A stretch of DNA of 64,000 nt from Callorhinchus milii (GCF_018977255.1 NW_024704750.1:8370001-8434000), one strand, 5' to 3'; shown: positions 1 to 14,582, numbered from the stretch's first letter. Notes: generated from the sequence alone by a model not told the origin. A program made the numbers and translations.

Positions 1-1779
1 TTGCGTCAACACTAGCAAATTCCAAACCGGATCCAAAGCCAGCCAAACCTTTAGCCTTTCAGAATTAAGATTTGTGCTATATTCATGTTACTTGTGCAGC
101 TAACCAAACTTGTTTTTTTTCCTAGTTTGTTAATGACAAACCGTTTATAAAGCTGAGCAGATTTACTTGCTGAGTGACAAAGTGAGAAATTACCACTGAT
201 ACTCTGCGCTCCATATTACATCTTGAATACAATCTTAATATTTATGGTCTGTTCTTGCTTACCTGTACAGAGTGCCAAGATGCGAGCAGAGGATTTGAAG
301 TGGCAGCTTTCCACTGGATTGGAAATGTAAAATAGCTCTGACAAGGAAGCAAGTATGCAGATCATGACAAATTACATTTTAGATTTTCAAAAAAAGCTTA
401 ACAATAGAGTAAGTTACACATAAGCTGAGCATTACCCATCCTGGAATGAAATGTTCAATCGGCAGCAGCAGCATATGCTGTGCAGTCTCCTTTGCTGCAG
501 TTTCTCACAATGTTCTTGTAATTGGGGTAATCAGTATTAAGGTAGTGTTTATCAACTAGCCATGTCACATACATACCAATATCCCCTTCCCCGCAAATTT
601 AACAAGGAATTGAAAAGATGTGTATTGGTGGAAGTCAAGCAGATCACTGTAGTTACCAATTTATACAATTTTGTGTTCATTTGAATAACTTTGTAATGTA
701 TTGCTATTCTATGCAATATTTAAGACAATTTTCAATTTAACTTTCAGTTCTACTCATCAACTTTTTAGACTCACTTCAATGTGCCTTGAACAAAGCATTG
801 GCACCATTGCATGTTATTCGATACAGGTTCAAACTATTCATAAAATCTTGAAACATTTAATGTGCTTAAAAAATCCAATTTGTCTATATCCACAGTTTTC
901 ATTTGAAATGTTATACACGGTGCATTTATAACCTAATCCCAGGCAATGTTTCAGTTTCAATTAATTCACAGGTCCTAAAGTTCTTTTGGTCATCTTTTTA
1001 GTTGTAATTTTACAATGGTGTTGACGTTTCTAGTGTCAAGTTGCTGGAAGCCAGTCCAGTGCCGGGGAATACACTTCCACCATCAGCAGCAAACACTCAA
1101 ACAAGCACGGGCTGGATGTCAAATAGAGCAATCTCTATTCAGTCCCAATAGTCTATTAACTACAGTTTCAGATGAGAATTTCTATTTTCTGCACCACCTA
1201 CCCCTGTAACTGTAACAAGTGAGATTACAAAGTTACATCTGTACTGAATTACGAATTGCTTTTGCTTCAGGCCTGTGCACATTAAAGAGTTCGTAATGTC
1301 GAGAATCATTTTATTTGAAGACTTTCATCCCATTATCCATCTTTATGTTGGATTGAAACCCAGGTTTGTGTTAAAAAAACACAGCAAGCTAACCGACCAG
1401 CAATTTAGTTTATTGCCTTCATCATTTTAACTAAATTATTCAGACTGGAAATAAAATCATGCAGTAATTCCGTGGGTAATATAGCACCATTTGTTTTCTT
1501 TTAGTCTGCGCCTAATTACTTTCGAGCTTTACCAAGCTCTATGGGGTACAGTATTACTCGGCTGTAAAAAGTGCAATGCACCAATACAGATGATGAGGAA
1601 AAACAAATCTATAGCTGGATCCATACCAAGATGTGGAATTAGTAAAAGACAATTGTTTTTCATTTCCTCACCAAATAAAAACACCCATCTTTTACACCCA
1701 AAGACTAACTCAACCCAGCATTCAAATGCAGAAATCCTCCATGGGCAAGTCTCACAGGTTTTTATCCATATGAGGAGAT

Positions 1780-2192
1780 AAAGCATTCGACTCAGGGAAT
1801 GCCAAACCTTGCCAGATTCCATTGGCTGCGAGTCTCTCAATGGATCAATTTCATCTATCTACATCCTGGCACCTCCTCATCTCTCTGATCATCTCCTACC
1901 CTATTCCACTCGACCACTCTGCTCAGCTAACTCAGGCTTGCTGCACGTCTTCCATCCTCATTACAATCGGTGGTTGAGCCTTCAGTTTCTACGGCCTTAA
2001 CTTCAGTAACTCTCTTCCTTCAAACTCCCACCCTCTCCTTCTGTCCCAGGTCTCTTTCCTTTTTCAAGTCTAGCTTCCAATCTTATTAAAGCACTTATGG
2101 TCACATTCCCCAACCCCCTCTTCCATCCAGCTTGTTAAGCACTCCAAGATGTTACCCTACGTGAAGAGTGCTCTATAAACGCAAGTTGTTGT
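1780..2192 (+). mobile_element. Degenerate L2 LINE 3' fragment in the DCAF5 3' UTR region
   Basis: Resembles the L2 ORF2 C-terminus (RFHWL-like) and ends in the family tail gtgaagagtgctctataaacgcaagttgttgtt, as in the copy at 45734-46391. Confidence 0.65.
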
Positions 2193-2410
2193 TTTCCCAT
2201 TTAAAGTACAACTTTGTCATAGCAGCTGAACAAAATATTTTGGAAGCAGAAATGTCAAACAAGGTGACCCAAAACAATTATAAACAAGCTAAACATGTTT
2301 CTTCTCAACAGTGAAAACAATTTGCTATCTAGCCTCTGTGCAGAAATGTGGTGCTTTAAATAATTTTTCTGTTCCAGTTCAACTTCTTAATCGTAAACCA
2401 CAAAAAAATC

Positions 2411-2416
2411 TTTATT
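2411..2416 (-). promoter_or_regulatory. Candidate polyadenylation signal AATAAA of DCAF5 (others near 1408 and 1310)
   Basis: tttatt on the + strand about 650 nt downstream of the DCAF5 stop; usage not testable from sequence. Confidence 0.35.
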
Positions 2417-3059
2417 CCTGACCACTTTGTCAATGTCTACTCCTTGTATTCATGAATAAGACAATGGTGTGTTTTACATAAACGACCAACATCCTCAACA
2501 ATTTTCGTGGAGGATCAAACTGTATATCCTTTGCAAGAACAGTAAAAGGGTCGTCATACAAAGGTGACAATGCAAAATAAGACAAAAAAAAGTAACTATA
2601 AAGTGTTAGATCTCAAAAAGTCTTCATTTGTTCCAAACTGGTCTCATTCAATAAGTTTTAATACTTTAACTCCAATGTCTTTTGCGCACATACAAATGGT
2701 TTCATCTTTTAAATTTATATTACTGGAAGCTTTGCAACAATATGGTCCACAATTTCTATCTCCACTCAATAAACCATAAATTGTTGCCCAGCATAATCAA
2801 TACTTAAACAGAAGTATTACCATCCTTCAGATTATATTTGAATCCAATGTTAGAATCACATCAAATAATTTGCATTTTATATATCATTATCATATACATT
2901 CTACAAATTTTTGTTAACATTTCTTCAAGGAATTCGCTTATTTACATAATTGTTAACAAAAGTCACACTGTTTTATAGACCAGTGACTGTAGAGTTCAAG
3001 CTAAATGATTTAAATCAGTGACATTATAACACACAGGTCTTAGGCGAAAGCAAACTATA

Positions 3060-4940
3060 TCATGTCTTGTGTTTTTTTTCAACCGGCGAGTTGTCTGAAT
3101 CCCGCTCTTTTCTGAATCTCTTTGTTGATCCAGAAGGCTGGATGCTCTCAGTCGATGGCACAGTTCCTTGAGAACAGTCTAACAGGTTTTGTTTAGCCGT
3201 TATACCATTCTTCGTATGTTCTGAACGTTCATTTATCCCAGACTGGCAGCAATCTTCCTTGTGATGCAATGAGGCTATTTGTACATAGTTACCAGCTTCA
3301 GACTTGCAAGCTATTGCTGAAGCCCCCTGATCTCGGCCAGTCTGCTCACAGTTGCCTGCGAGTTGCTTATCAATAAATCCATTGTTGTGATTATTACACG
3401 ACGCTCCAGAACACCTTTCCTCAACATCACAAGTCCTGGTTTTGAATTTATCAACACGGTTTCTGGAATAACCATCAGAATTACTGCTTGTTGCAATCAT
3501 ATCAGTTTGAGAAGGTGAGGATTTGTTAAATTCCTGATGAGATTCTTCTCTGACTGTCTGCTGTACATTTTTGGGGGCATTCACACATTCCAAGACCTCT
3601 GTGCAACTGCACAGTTCATGTGTCTGGCTGCCAAGTCCTTGACACTGGTCGATTAGGTTACTGTTGTTTCCTACACAGACAGATTTACCATTAACCTTTC
3701 TGGCCTCAAAACACTCAGCACCGATATTGGGTACATTTTGGACAGAGTGTTCCTGCTCTCCAGATGCCATTTCCCTCACAGGCAGTACAGTACTGTAGTC
3801 ATGACTGTGCAAAACCGAATGCCTCTCCATTGCGTGTACCTGTTGACAGCCAACATTGCTTGAGCTTTCACTATTGAGTTCATCTGAATGCTTTTCCTCT
3901 GCAAGCTTAGTGAAAGTTGCAGCTGTACGTGTTCCTGTCGACTCACTTTCTTGGGAAGTACTTAAAGTGCCTTTATCGCTCGATTCTGGCATATCCTCGT
4001 GTGCCAAAACAGTTATGGAGCTTCCCTTTGTTTTCAACTGTGATTTAAAGGTGCTTTGGATCTTGCTATAGGCTTTATAAACCTTTCTGACTTCCGATTC
4101 ACTGTCTGAGAGAGGAGACACTCTTCCTCTACCATTATCAATATCATTGCTACTTATTTCAGATGAAGTAGAAGCCGACGAAGAATGGTCACCACTCTTA
4201 CGTTGAGCATAGTGACAGAAATCCTTACTTGTACACTCTTTTGCTGTTTTGAGAAACATTATATTCCTTTTTTCCCTACAAAACCTTTGCTTGGATCTGG
4301 AAGCATTCCTTTGGCGTGTGGATGCTCGTCGTCCTTCATTGCTAGAACTGCTTGAATCATTCTCCTCAGGGCTTGGAGAGCGAGGCCTCGTCACTGGATC
4401 TGGATCGGAATCTGTATTCAGTTGTTGATAGTTGTTTTCAGAGGAATCAGAGTCATTAGAAAGAGTCAGCAGTCGTTCATCTTGGTATCGTCTGAGAGCA
4501 GACAATCTCTGCTGACGAGAGCTCAAGTCCTCCCTAGTTACAACAGCGGCGGAGAGCTTCTGTCGATCCAGACTGTACGTTGCTTCATCCGAATCGTCAG
4601 CATGTTGGGGTGACTGTGGCAAGGAGGCAGAAGATTCAGAGTCACTGTATCCTGAACGTTCGCTGGCCCCTGCGTGCAGCTGAAGAATTGTGCTCTCACT
4701 CAAGTCACTGTCCGAGTCAGAACTCCAACCCTCAATCTCACGACGTACAAGAGAATCAAAAAAAGCCATCATTCTTGAGTCTTCTTGGACTGACTGGTTA
4801 GCATAATCATGAGACAGACCGCTCCCACTGTTTAAGACCAGGCTGATGTACTCTTCATGGGTATAAAGATTTCGGGTATCATCTTCCACCTCCCCTTCCA
4901 AGTCTCCTCCACAACCTGGTTGAAGATAGGGACTCCACAC
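3060..4940 (-). CDS. DCAF5: DCAF5 (DDB1- and CUL4-associated factor 5, WDR22) exon 9, last coding exon
   Basis: CAG|GTG acceptor at 4941/4940. VWSPYLQPGC...LYTHEEYISLVLNSGSGLSHDYANQSVQED.RMMAFFDSLVRREIEGWSSDSDSDLSESTILQLHAG and the terminal EKKHKT* match DCAF5 as recalled; long low-complexity tail. Confidence 0.97.
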   Translation of the reverse strand: MWSPYLQPGCGGDLEGEVEDDTRNLYTHEEYISLVLNSGSGLSHDYANQSVQEDSRMMAFFDSLVRREIEGWSSDSDSDLSESTILQLHAGASERSGYSDSESSASLPQSPQHADDSDEATYSLDRQKLSAAVVTREDLSSRQQRLSALRRYQDERLLTLSNDSDSSENNYQQLNTDSDPDPVTRPRSPSPEENDSSSSSNEGRRASTRQRNASRSKQRFCREKRNIMFLKTAKECTSKDFCHYAQRKSGDHSSSASTSSEISSNDIDNGRGRVSPLSDSESEVRKVYKAYSKIQSTFKSQLKTKGSSITVLAHEDMPESSDKGTLSTSQESESTGTRTAATFTKLAEEKHSDELNSESSSNVGCQQVHAMERHSVLHSHDYSTVLPVREMASGEQEHSVQNVPNIGAECFEARKVNGKSVCVGNNSNLIDQCQGLGSQTHELCSCTEVLECVNAPKNVQQTVREESHQEFNKSSPSQTDMIATSSNSDGYSRNRVDKFKTRTCDVEERCSGASCNNHNNGFIDKQLAGNCEQTGRDQGASAIACKSEAGNYVQIASLHHKEDCCQSGINERSEHTKNGITAKQNLLDCSQGTVPSTESIQPSGSTKRFRKERDSDNSPVEKKHKT

Positions 4941-6761
4941 CTGTATTTAACAATATAAAACAGCTTTATCAGTTATTTCAAGTTTTGTTTTCCTGAAAGA
5001 GGATAAGGAACATTTTAAACAAGAGATAAATGTACAAGCAAAAGAGACTTATTTTAAGCCAAGATAGGGCACTGCTTAATAGCCCCACACTAAATGAAAT
5101 TGGTTTTAACAGTTTAAAAATATGGTAAGTTATTTTAAAAAGAGATCCGAGATTATATTTTAACTGTTTTAAAACAATTTTAAACATGCCTTCACATTTA
5201 TATAGTAATGTTCCAGGGTATTAAAGAGAGAAATGTATAGAAAGCAGCCTTGCGATTAAAACTAAATTATTGTTTTCATTTGTAACCATTTTATCTTGCC
5301 ACAATCTTGCCAAAGCATTTCAATTATAGTATTATGTGAATGCACGTCAAGCTGTTTTGCTTCCCCGGAAGCAGGAATGAGATGATTAAGCAAAAAACAC
5401 TACTAAAGAAAATAACCTCCCACCTTCACAACAGATGGTATATTATTTATAAAAATGAATATTGTACTACTGTCAATGTCACCAAGAGAGACCATTCATT
5501 TTCAAACTCCTGAAAATAGTTCTCATTATGGCAGAATTTCTTCTTTGAAAAGATTTATCAATACATTAATTTTTTTTTGCTTGTACACACAGCTAAGTAT
5601 ATCTTGAGTAACGTCATTATAAATTCTGCTGTACAGTGCATCTGTACAACACACTGCAGACCAAATATTTCTGAAACAATTTTTAGTTATTAGATAAGAT
5701 ATATATTATTGCCTTACAGGGCATTCATGCAACATACTGCTGTCCAGATTTTTACCCATGTTTTAATGGTTTGATAAGCGTATGCTGTGAAACAGAGAAC
5801 AGGAATTTCACAGCTGACCAGGAATGCTGGCAGCAGTACTTTGGACAAGTAAGCAGAAAACTGGGCCTTGCTGGAAATTTACTTAGCCTTTAGTAAGCAC
5901 ATTTTCATCAGCATTTGGACAACTCTAGGGTGGCAGGGCAAATCCTGTCCTGCTCTAATCATCTGATGATGTTTGTTGCGCAGAAATAAGGATAGACAGC
6001 TACCCTTATGGACTATGAGTGAGAAAGCCAGATCGCAAATTTAATGCTGTTGGTCCACTCCCACTGGGAACTGGATTGTGACTGCAAAGTAATTTCATTT
6101 AGAAAGCTTTCAGATGGGAGAAAAACTTCCATTCCATCAATCTGAATGAATTCTATCCAGACACCAAAGGATATTGTGCTAAACAACTGCATCATTCATT
6201 CCCCCTATGAAATGTTACTTTTAAGTTAAATCTCTTACACGCTAAAGGCAGTAAATTCAGAAGTATACAAACTGTGTGATTAACCATCGCCATTTTCTCA
6301 GTAAACATGTAATCAATCTTTCACTACTGGAAGTGTCGCGTGGAAAGGTTTGTTTCTTTCTTTGGTTGGATTCAGCACAGAGGATGCATTACACAAATTA
6401 TCGGAACTCACAAATAATTTGTAACAATGGCTCTTCTATTTTTGGTCACATTTACCAAGTCTGCTGCTTTTCCTGACTGGACATCTACTCTTTCCCTGTT
6501 TTCTGTATGAACTGGACATTTTCTGCATCTGATTTATTAAAAAATGCCTCAGTTCCTTTCACACTGCTTTTGTTTTTGTGTCAAAGACCTTCAGTGCTTG
6601 AAAAACTCTTGTTCAGGAATATGTAGCAGGTTCTTGAATGATGTATATGTGGGCTCACTTCAGAACTGGTAGGTAAATAGTGTTCCATTCTACTCTATAT
6701 GCAAATTGTTCCAAGTAGTTAAAATCCAAGTGTCCAGAAAGCTGCTCCTGGCATGACATAC

Positions 6762-6889
6762 CTTAATAATCTTTTCCACTCCCGAGGAACAGATCATATA
6801 CGAATGAGGATTGAAGCGCACTTGATTTACAATGGACCGGTGACCCTTCAAAACCATGAATGCTCCATTCACAATTCTGGCCGGACCTC
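6762..6889 (-). CDS. DCAF5: DCAF5 exon 8 (128 nt)
   Basis: TTTTCAG acceptor, AAG|GTATGT donor; GPARIVNGAFMVLKGHRSIVNQVRFNPHSYMICSSGVEKIIK (WD40). Confidence 0.96.
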
Positions 6890-7541
6890 CTGAAAACAAT
6901 TTAAAAAGAAAGTTTGAAAAAACACATTTTCTCCCGAAGACGACGCTACTTCCTAGCTTCATATTGAGGCTGTAACCACCTCACAAGCGTCATCACAGGT
7001 GAAACCCACAAGCAGACTTTCATTTTAGCAATTAAATCATTTTTTCCCCCATATTTAGCAGTTTCTCAAAATTGTTCTTCTGCTCTTCTTTCTCTGCCCC
7101 CACCACCAAGCTTCAATATAAAAACTTTCTTGTGCTTTGAAAAAGTTATTGGAACAACTTTCAGACAGCTGAATAAATACCACGTGCGGAACAGAACCAT
7201 ACTACACCACAGGATTTGCAGAGTCCCTTTATAGGACACTGGAGGTGCAGACTGGATAGGAACTGAAGTCACCCCAAACTGATTTAGCTTAAATGTAAAT
7301 TTTTTTTAAAGCAAATTCATTCCCAGATTTGAACTAACTTGGATAAAGCTGGTGCACATTTTCCAGACCACCAAAATAAACCTCTCTATTGATTCTTTTG
7401 CCTGTTTAAAAATTAAATTAGCTCCATCCTGTTTTGTTGTGTGCTTGAAATAAAAGTAGGCAAAACAGATTACCATAAAAGGGGAAAAAATGGAGTGAGG
7501 GAATATCACTGTATAATCAGTCAAGGTATGTGATAACTCAC

Positions 7542-7608
7542 CAGTTTCTAAATCAGAAGGAATGCGCCACATGTACAGGTTAAAGTCATCTGAGCCAGAC
7601 AGGACGAA
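7542..7608 (-). CDS. DCAF5: DCAF5 exon 7 (67 nt)
   Basis: TTCCAG acceptor, G|GTGAGT donor; FVLSGSDDFNLYMWRIPSDLET. Confidence 0.96.
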
Positions 7609-8881
7609 CTGGAACCAAAGAGAACCAACATTCATTATGTATCATATCAGGCTACCGTTTGCTCATTTTATAAAGATGTTAAATTAAAAACATTTTTTTA
7701 AAAAAAAGCTTTTTCTCTTCCTTCAGTTACATTCTGCACATTTCTTTCAGCAGTTATCTGGTAGTAATTGTGGTGGTTTCAGAGAAACATTTAGGAGAGC
7801 ATATGAGGGCTTAAGTTTTTTTCCCAAAACCTCTACTACCAACACCAGAACAAAGAGAAGTTGGATTTTTCACAGTTGCTAATCAAAATTAGCAGTTATA
7901 TATTTGCTCTGTTCTGTAACCTATGGATTTCCAAGTTAGTAAAAGTGTGATAAATTATTCTCTAACTTGCTGTATGTAGCTCAATGCGCTGAAATTTTTA
8001 AAATTATTTTTCAGAACTGAGCTGTCAAACAATGCAGTGATACAATTTTGTTTTTCACAGAATTCTCAATATTTCTCAAGTAATATGGAAATAGAGCCAA
8101 AATACCACAAATGGATAATCCTTGCATTCGCAGAAAAGATACCTCATATGAGAATGTAAAAGAGCCTGGAAACAAGTGAATGATGCTGTATGATTTAAGT
8201 GCTGGCGATTCTCTGATGCTAAGTGGAGTTTGTAACTCTGATCTTTAATCCTTATCAATTCCTTAAAATATAGAATGATGCAGCCTTTGAGACAGAGAAC
8301 GATGATCCTTAAATCAGAATATGTAAAACTAGTATCTAATTGTTAAAATAATCTAACTAGTATACCCGAAAAGCATTAGCCTTAAAGTGTTTACTTTTCC
8401 TAAATGAAGCTGCAATTATGATTGGAGAAAAATGCATAAAGCAGGTTTGATCTTTGATAGCTTCAGATTTTTTTTGCAAAATAGACAAGCAGAGAATACC
8501 TCTCCTTAGATACAGTAGTAGATTCCTCAAGCCTGGACTTAAAAGATATGAATGAATCCTGAAAACTGGCAAAAATTGAACCTATACACCAATTATAAAG
8601 ATGGATGTATTTAAACTTGGCTAGTTACCTCAGCACATCTGCTCCACCATTTAGCAGCTGACACTAAGGATATACAGTAATCCACCATGAAATTTAATGC
8701 AGAGGGAAAGAGAAAGAGGTGAAAACGAAGACTATGCACTTAACTAGCCTCCCTGCAAGTCAGGAAAAAAGGAAAAAATAGATCCGACCGAGAAGCCAAC
8801 CACAGAAGAAATAGTAAATCCAGTTCACTTATTAAAAAATAAACTGTTTTGTAATTTTGTAGCTAGTGGAAATTCCAGGAT

Positions 8882-9135
8882 ATAATAATAATAATCCTTG
8901 CAATTGACATAGCTCCTTATCAGGTCTTTGAGACGCCGCAAAGTGCTTCACAGAATATACTTTAAAGTGAATGGACTGGATATTTTGTAGGCAGAACACA
9001 GCAGTCAATTGCACACAGCAGTTTCCCACAAACAGTCGTGGATTGAAGTGACCAATTTATTATAATTTTTTTAAGGAATTATTACCCCCAGAAAAGCGAT
9101 CCGCCAACCGATTAACAACCAAGTTCCAATACGCC
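8882..9135 (-). mobile_element. tRNA/Deu SINE, 5'-truncated, long variant
   Basis: (TAT)n tail, Deu-like core and part of the extra internal segment, similar to 61688-62055. Confidence 0.75.
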
Positions 9136-11496
9136 TATTCTGAGTCTTAATCAATGCAGTACCAGTTTAATGGAAATGTTGCATTCGCTTAAAATGGGGA
9201 ACATACAACAATGGTTCAGTTAGCTACTAAAGTTTTAAAATCACACGTCGCGACTCATCTATGATATAAAACATTTGGGTAAGCCAAGGTTTACGGGCCA
9301 GAACATCATAAGAGTTTGCAAAAGCTGGCTATGTTAGAAAGAAGTTAAAAACATACTCATTACATTATCCATTAATTCATTAACAGAGGCAGCTGGCATT
9401 TCAGCAACATTGTGGAACATATTTCATTCAAATGGTCTTTTGAATGACATATTTATTTTGTTTTCACTATTCTGTGGCATTAAAGAGTGCCAGAAATGGA
9501 GAGCCTGCGATGATTTCCCTGCCAAAGCAACAACTAATTGTGAGATTACCGATGAATTTCTAATGCCAAGATTCACATAAACGCCTAAATATGCAACTTG
9601 GTATTTTTTTCAAATATATGTGGTCATAGAAATAATTAGAAATGAACAACGTAGCTAAGACATTTGATACGTTTTCCTTTGGGGCTGCCAAATGTTCTTT
9701 GTTATTGTTGCATAATTCAAATGATGTTTTTGCCCACAAAATACACAGTCAATTCACAATATAGTATATTCTGTGAAGCGCTTGGAGACTTCTCAACGGT
9801 GTGATAGGATGATATATTAAATGCAAGAATTATTATATGAATGCCTTCCAAGTATCAAGAGATGGGATATCTAAATTGATTGCTTAACTTCAGAAAGTAG
9901 CAATATGCATCTTAAACACAATTTTATTGAAACACGATTGCTTTTTTTTGCCCCTAAATTTAAGAGAAATGCTGCCCTGATTTCAAGATCTCAGTGGTTA
10001 AATTTACTCAGCAGAACAGCTAACCATGTGAACTAAACTCTGGCATTTAATGATTTAAAAATTTGTGATCTCAATCAGTGCCTTTATTTAAAAAGGCAAT
10101 ACAAATGATTTCAAAGTTGAAATGTTATATGCATCAATGAGGCCTCTGTGTAAGAAATCAATAAATGAATGAATACACAAAGAAATGGTCTTGGAGCATT
10201 AAACTGAGAAATTGCCTCGATAATTGTTTTTTTTAAAAACATTGATTACTTTCATTGACAAGTTCTTTAAAAAATTGCTACCAGTGATTAAAATGTGTGA
10301 GGATTTTTGTGTAGCCAATCACAAGTTATAGGAGGAATTCAATATAGGCTTAAATTTCACTATGAAGTTCCATCACATCACAAAGACACAGACAAGTTAT
10401 TAAAACAAAGACAAAAATGCTTTGAAAAAGTGCAGGGAATCAAATCGGCATCCAAAGGAAAAGGTGTTTTTGGTAGGTCTGTTCATCTGAACTCGTGTTG
10501 ATGAGTTCTCTGGCATTTGTGCTTTATCTCAAATAATTTGAGACAAATATTGACTTTAAATTAGACATCCCTGTCATGCTCAGTGCAATTCAGGGATGCT
10601 ATTTGTTTTCCAATGAAGAGTTTTTATTGCTGTCATGTGACATTGTTAACTGTAAATGAGGCTTGGATCGCATGAGATTTCAGACTTTATACAGTAATGC
10701 TCCAATGAAAGACAGTGTTGCAGAATTAATATCACAGTATCAACAAAATCGTTTTGTGATCTTTTCCAGGTTGGGTTGAAAGAATCAGTGCTGCATTTGA
10801 TATGGTTGCTGTAAAGGCTTCACTCAGTTCAGCCCACAACTCCTCCATAGATCAGTGTGTAAATCTGCTCTACAAACCCACTTATCCTGCAGGCTTGTGA
10901 AATATGCATGCAACCTTACTCAACAGCTTATTTTTCAGCAAACCAATGGCTTTACTTATTAGAAAAACCTATAGAACTTGGTGTTCAGCCAACAATTGAC
11001 AACTGTTCTCTCCTTCCATGACTCTTTGAAGAAAGGCAGAGTTTCTGTACTTTTTTCCATTAAATTGTGTTGAATGCAATTTTTAAATAATCAGATGATT
11101 AATTAACAATAACAGAGCAAGACATTACAAAATAAACAGATTTTTCTTCAGGGCTAACTGGAGCGAAAAATGCAACGCTTAATGCATTCAATGTGATTTA
11201 TGGCCATGGAATGTAACATGTCTACCCGCTTTTGAGGTAGGTCAGTTTCCTAATTTTATTCCAATGTTGATCTGTGATTGGGAGCAGCAATCGAACATGT
11301 ATTTCTTCAGGCCCAATTATTGTGCCAAGCCTGAGATGGGGGTAGTGCGGGGGAGGGGGGGGGAAACATAGAGGAGAAGGAATCATTCCTTTAACAGAGT
11401 TCACTTCTTCAAGAAAAAAAAGTCGCAAGGAAGAAATGAAAATACAATGTACAACCTCAGAGACACTGCATTAGTAATTTATGACAAAGCAGCACT

Positions 11497-11516
11497 GCAA
11501 CACCCTCTGGTGGCAA
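11497..11516 (-). promoter_or_regulatory. Possible CTCF motif in DCAF5 intron 6
   Basis: TTGCCACCAGAGGGTGTTGC resembles the CTCF core CCACCAGRGGGCGC; motif match only. Confidence 0.3.
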
Positions 11517-14368
11517 ACTACATCAATTGACTCAATTCCAAAACAGTTTTAACTTTTATCTGGTTTTCCTTTCCCCTTTAGAATTTACATTTAACTTCAT
11601 TTCGATTATTTTTCAGCAGATCCAGCAGAATTGTAGGTAACACATTGATACTCCTGAAAAACGTTTTCCTTGCAGCTCACAAATTGGCTGTGGCATTTGC
11701 CCATAGACACACAGTGACTACACTTCACAATAAAATCTTGCCAAACACTTTTGAGAATTCGACAACATGATAAGAAGCCATAATCAAATGCAAGCATTGT
11801 TATAATTAACTCAAGATATTGCAACAAAGAGAGACTAAACACATGGAGGTAAGCGTCTATAGAACTGATGGAAGGATCCTATTCAAAATATTCTTCTCTT
11901 TCAAAGACTGCCTGCTCTGCTGCGGATGTTTTTTTTTAGCATTTCTGGTGTTATTTTGAAAAAAATCCTAACCTACTGATTGTCGAATTGCCACTCTCTG
12001 GAGTACTGCAGCGCGACTCCCTATGATGTAAATGATGTACAACAATGGAACCTAAGTCTACACATCCGATTCACCATACAATCAATTGGATTTCAATCGC
12101 AACAATTTGTGAATTTCATGAATTGAATCTCGCAAGAGGAAGGGAAAACTAAATGATAATATTTACTTTGATATTCAAAATATTTACCGCTCAACCCCAT
12201 ATCTTTGCAAACATAATATCTTCATGCTAACAATACAGGTAAATACCTTTTGTCAATCAGTCCTCATTTGCTTATTAAGCAGAAAGCAACAGTACATTAT
12301 ACCAACTGCAAGCAGAACCCACCAAAGGTGACTTGCCAAATTATCATTAAATATTAAAATATAGTTGTTATTCAAAATAAATGCCACCAACTCATATTTC
12401 CACATTGACAAAAAANGCTTTAAAATAGCCCCAAATAATCTTCATGAAAATTAGAAGGTAATCGGTCAAGTGCTCAGTTTCTATGACAAAATACACTTAC
12501 CAATATTAAGATTCAACATTTAAAGGACAAGGTGTGTAAAAGAATTCAGGATCCTTATTTAAAAATGGGAATTATACACATCATAACTATGTTGCAATTC
12601 TACCTCCTTGTACATAAAGCGGTTACAAAATGGCAATTTCAAAAAGTATATTGATCCAGATCATGATCAGCATCATTAAGTTACCCCTAATGTGATTAAC
12701 AGCAATTACCTGCGAAGCACTTGAGATGCTTTGACATTACAGGCGCTATACTACTGTGCGCAAATGGGCCTCCGTATTTGCCTACAGAATACACGGTCAG
12801 TACAATTCACAGTAAAACCCTATGAAGTGCTTTGAGAGCTTCTCCAGATTTGAAAGGCAGGCACTATACCAAATGCAAGGCTTTTTTAAAAAAAACGATC
12901 AATTACAAGGATAATTAAAAGGGAGTGAAAATCCTATTCAGCGACTCCAGACCACATCTTCCATTGCAATGTTGCAATAACAATATGTTATCTTCATCCG
13001 TTTTTTTTAAAAACAGAATAAGCATTAACTGTCGCAGGTCACTGGTCAGGTTATCTGCTGAATAAACTGTTCATTGTTTGCATCTGAAATATTTCCACCT
13101 TTCGATTAGCAAGACATGCAGACTGCTACACCACTTCCAGTCCACATAATTTACTATCAGTAACTATTTAAACAGATGCTCCCATTGCTGCAACAGCTAC
13201 AATAGCTCAAACAATTGTGCAGACGGAACACAGCTCTGCAAAAGCCAAGACGGTCAATATCATCTGACGCTCCACACAGGGACTTGCTTTGCAACAGCGC
13301 TTCCTGAACTGAAATTTCTGTTCTTTGGATTTTGTGTTACTATTGCAATTGTTCCAGAGAGAATTGTGGGGGGGAAGGGGGGAAATGAGATATTGTACTC
13401 CATAGTTTATTAGAACAAGCATAGCTCAATCTGAAGTCTGTGAGTTCACTGATGATCCATCCAAGTCTCTTGCTATATAGGGAGATAAAAATCCATTCTG
13501 CATTCCAAACATACTGCATACTGCAGCACTGGATTATGTCAATGGAATGGTTTGCAGTTGCATCGTGCAGATGAAAAATGTAACAAGTACAAAATTAGGA
13601 AAATTATTTGAATCCTTATGTATTAACGGTTTCATGGATTTTTCACATTTGTAATTTTTTTTACTTTACAAAATCAATTCATTTTGTAGTTTGGAAAATG
13701 TTTTTCAACTTCTCCCAGCAATGTTGTGTTTCTTAACAACAGTAACAGCGATGCAAATAGCGATAAATGAAAATCACCAGTTTTATTTTCACAATAAGAA
13801 TGGTGAGGCTACCACCATCGATTCAATACCACTGTCCATCCAAGATTCTCTCAGTGTCCTGTCAAGCAGTCCAGGGAAATGCTGTCTTGTTCTGTTTCAT
13901 ATCCCTTGTGTTCCACTCTGTACGAGTGATTATAATGATTGCTCCAAACGTGACGAGCACTTAAATTGACTTGCCTCTGCCTATTCCATTGCGCGGGAAG
14001 TATTAACTTAACCCATCACTTTGCATGAGGAGCAAATGCATCAAGTTCCTACTACCTGCATAAAAGACCCAATGGATCTCTACAAAATACATTTTGTGCA
14101 AAAGTACTACCACCCATGGGTGCACAAATTATTTTCCTGCAAGATTTTATTATCCCTCATTAAATATATTAAGCTGATGCCTATGCAATAGAAGGTGAGC
14201 AATCCACGGTTTTAGTCTGCTCAGTCCTGCAACTGATAAAAAAAAAGAGGCCCAAGCAGCAAAGCGAGAATGACTACTAACAGCATTGCAGTGACTCTTG
14301 CAGATTACAGTGTACGTAAATAAATTAGATATCTAATCCCGTTTTATTTTGATTAGTTGCACACATAC

Positions 14369-14582
14369 TTGATCACTGTCTCCTGCAAAACAGCAGCTCT
14401 TCATAGTGCAGGAATTGAAATAGCCTTGGTTATCGAACTCAAACACAGATTGCGGTGAGTGAATGTCATATAATACTGGAGGCAGACGACGTCTCAGTGC
14501 CAATAGCTGGGTTCCACTGCTGTTGAAGCGGACACTCATGGCACTCTGCATGGGAAGCTTTCCTCCGTAACGTAGAAGTGAA
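14369..14582 (-). CDS. DCAF5: DCAF5 exon 6 (214 nt)
   Basis: TTTTAG acceptor, CAA|GTATGT donor; SLLRYGGKLPMQSAMSVRFNSSGTQLLALRRRLPPVLYDIHS...FDNQGYFNSCTMKSCCFAGDSDQ. Confidence 0.96.

Noticed and set aside
12416-12416. Single ambiguous base n
   Set aside because: Assembly ambiguity; it only shows that single-base errors, including the ACOT frameshifts, are possible
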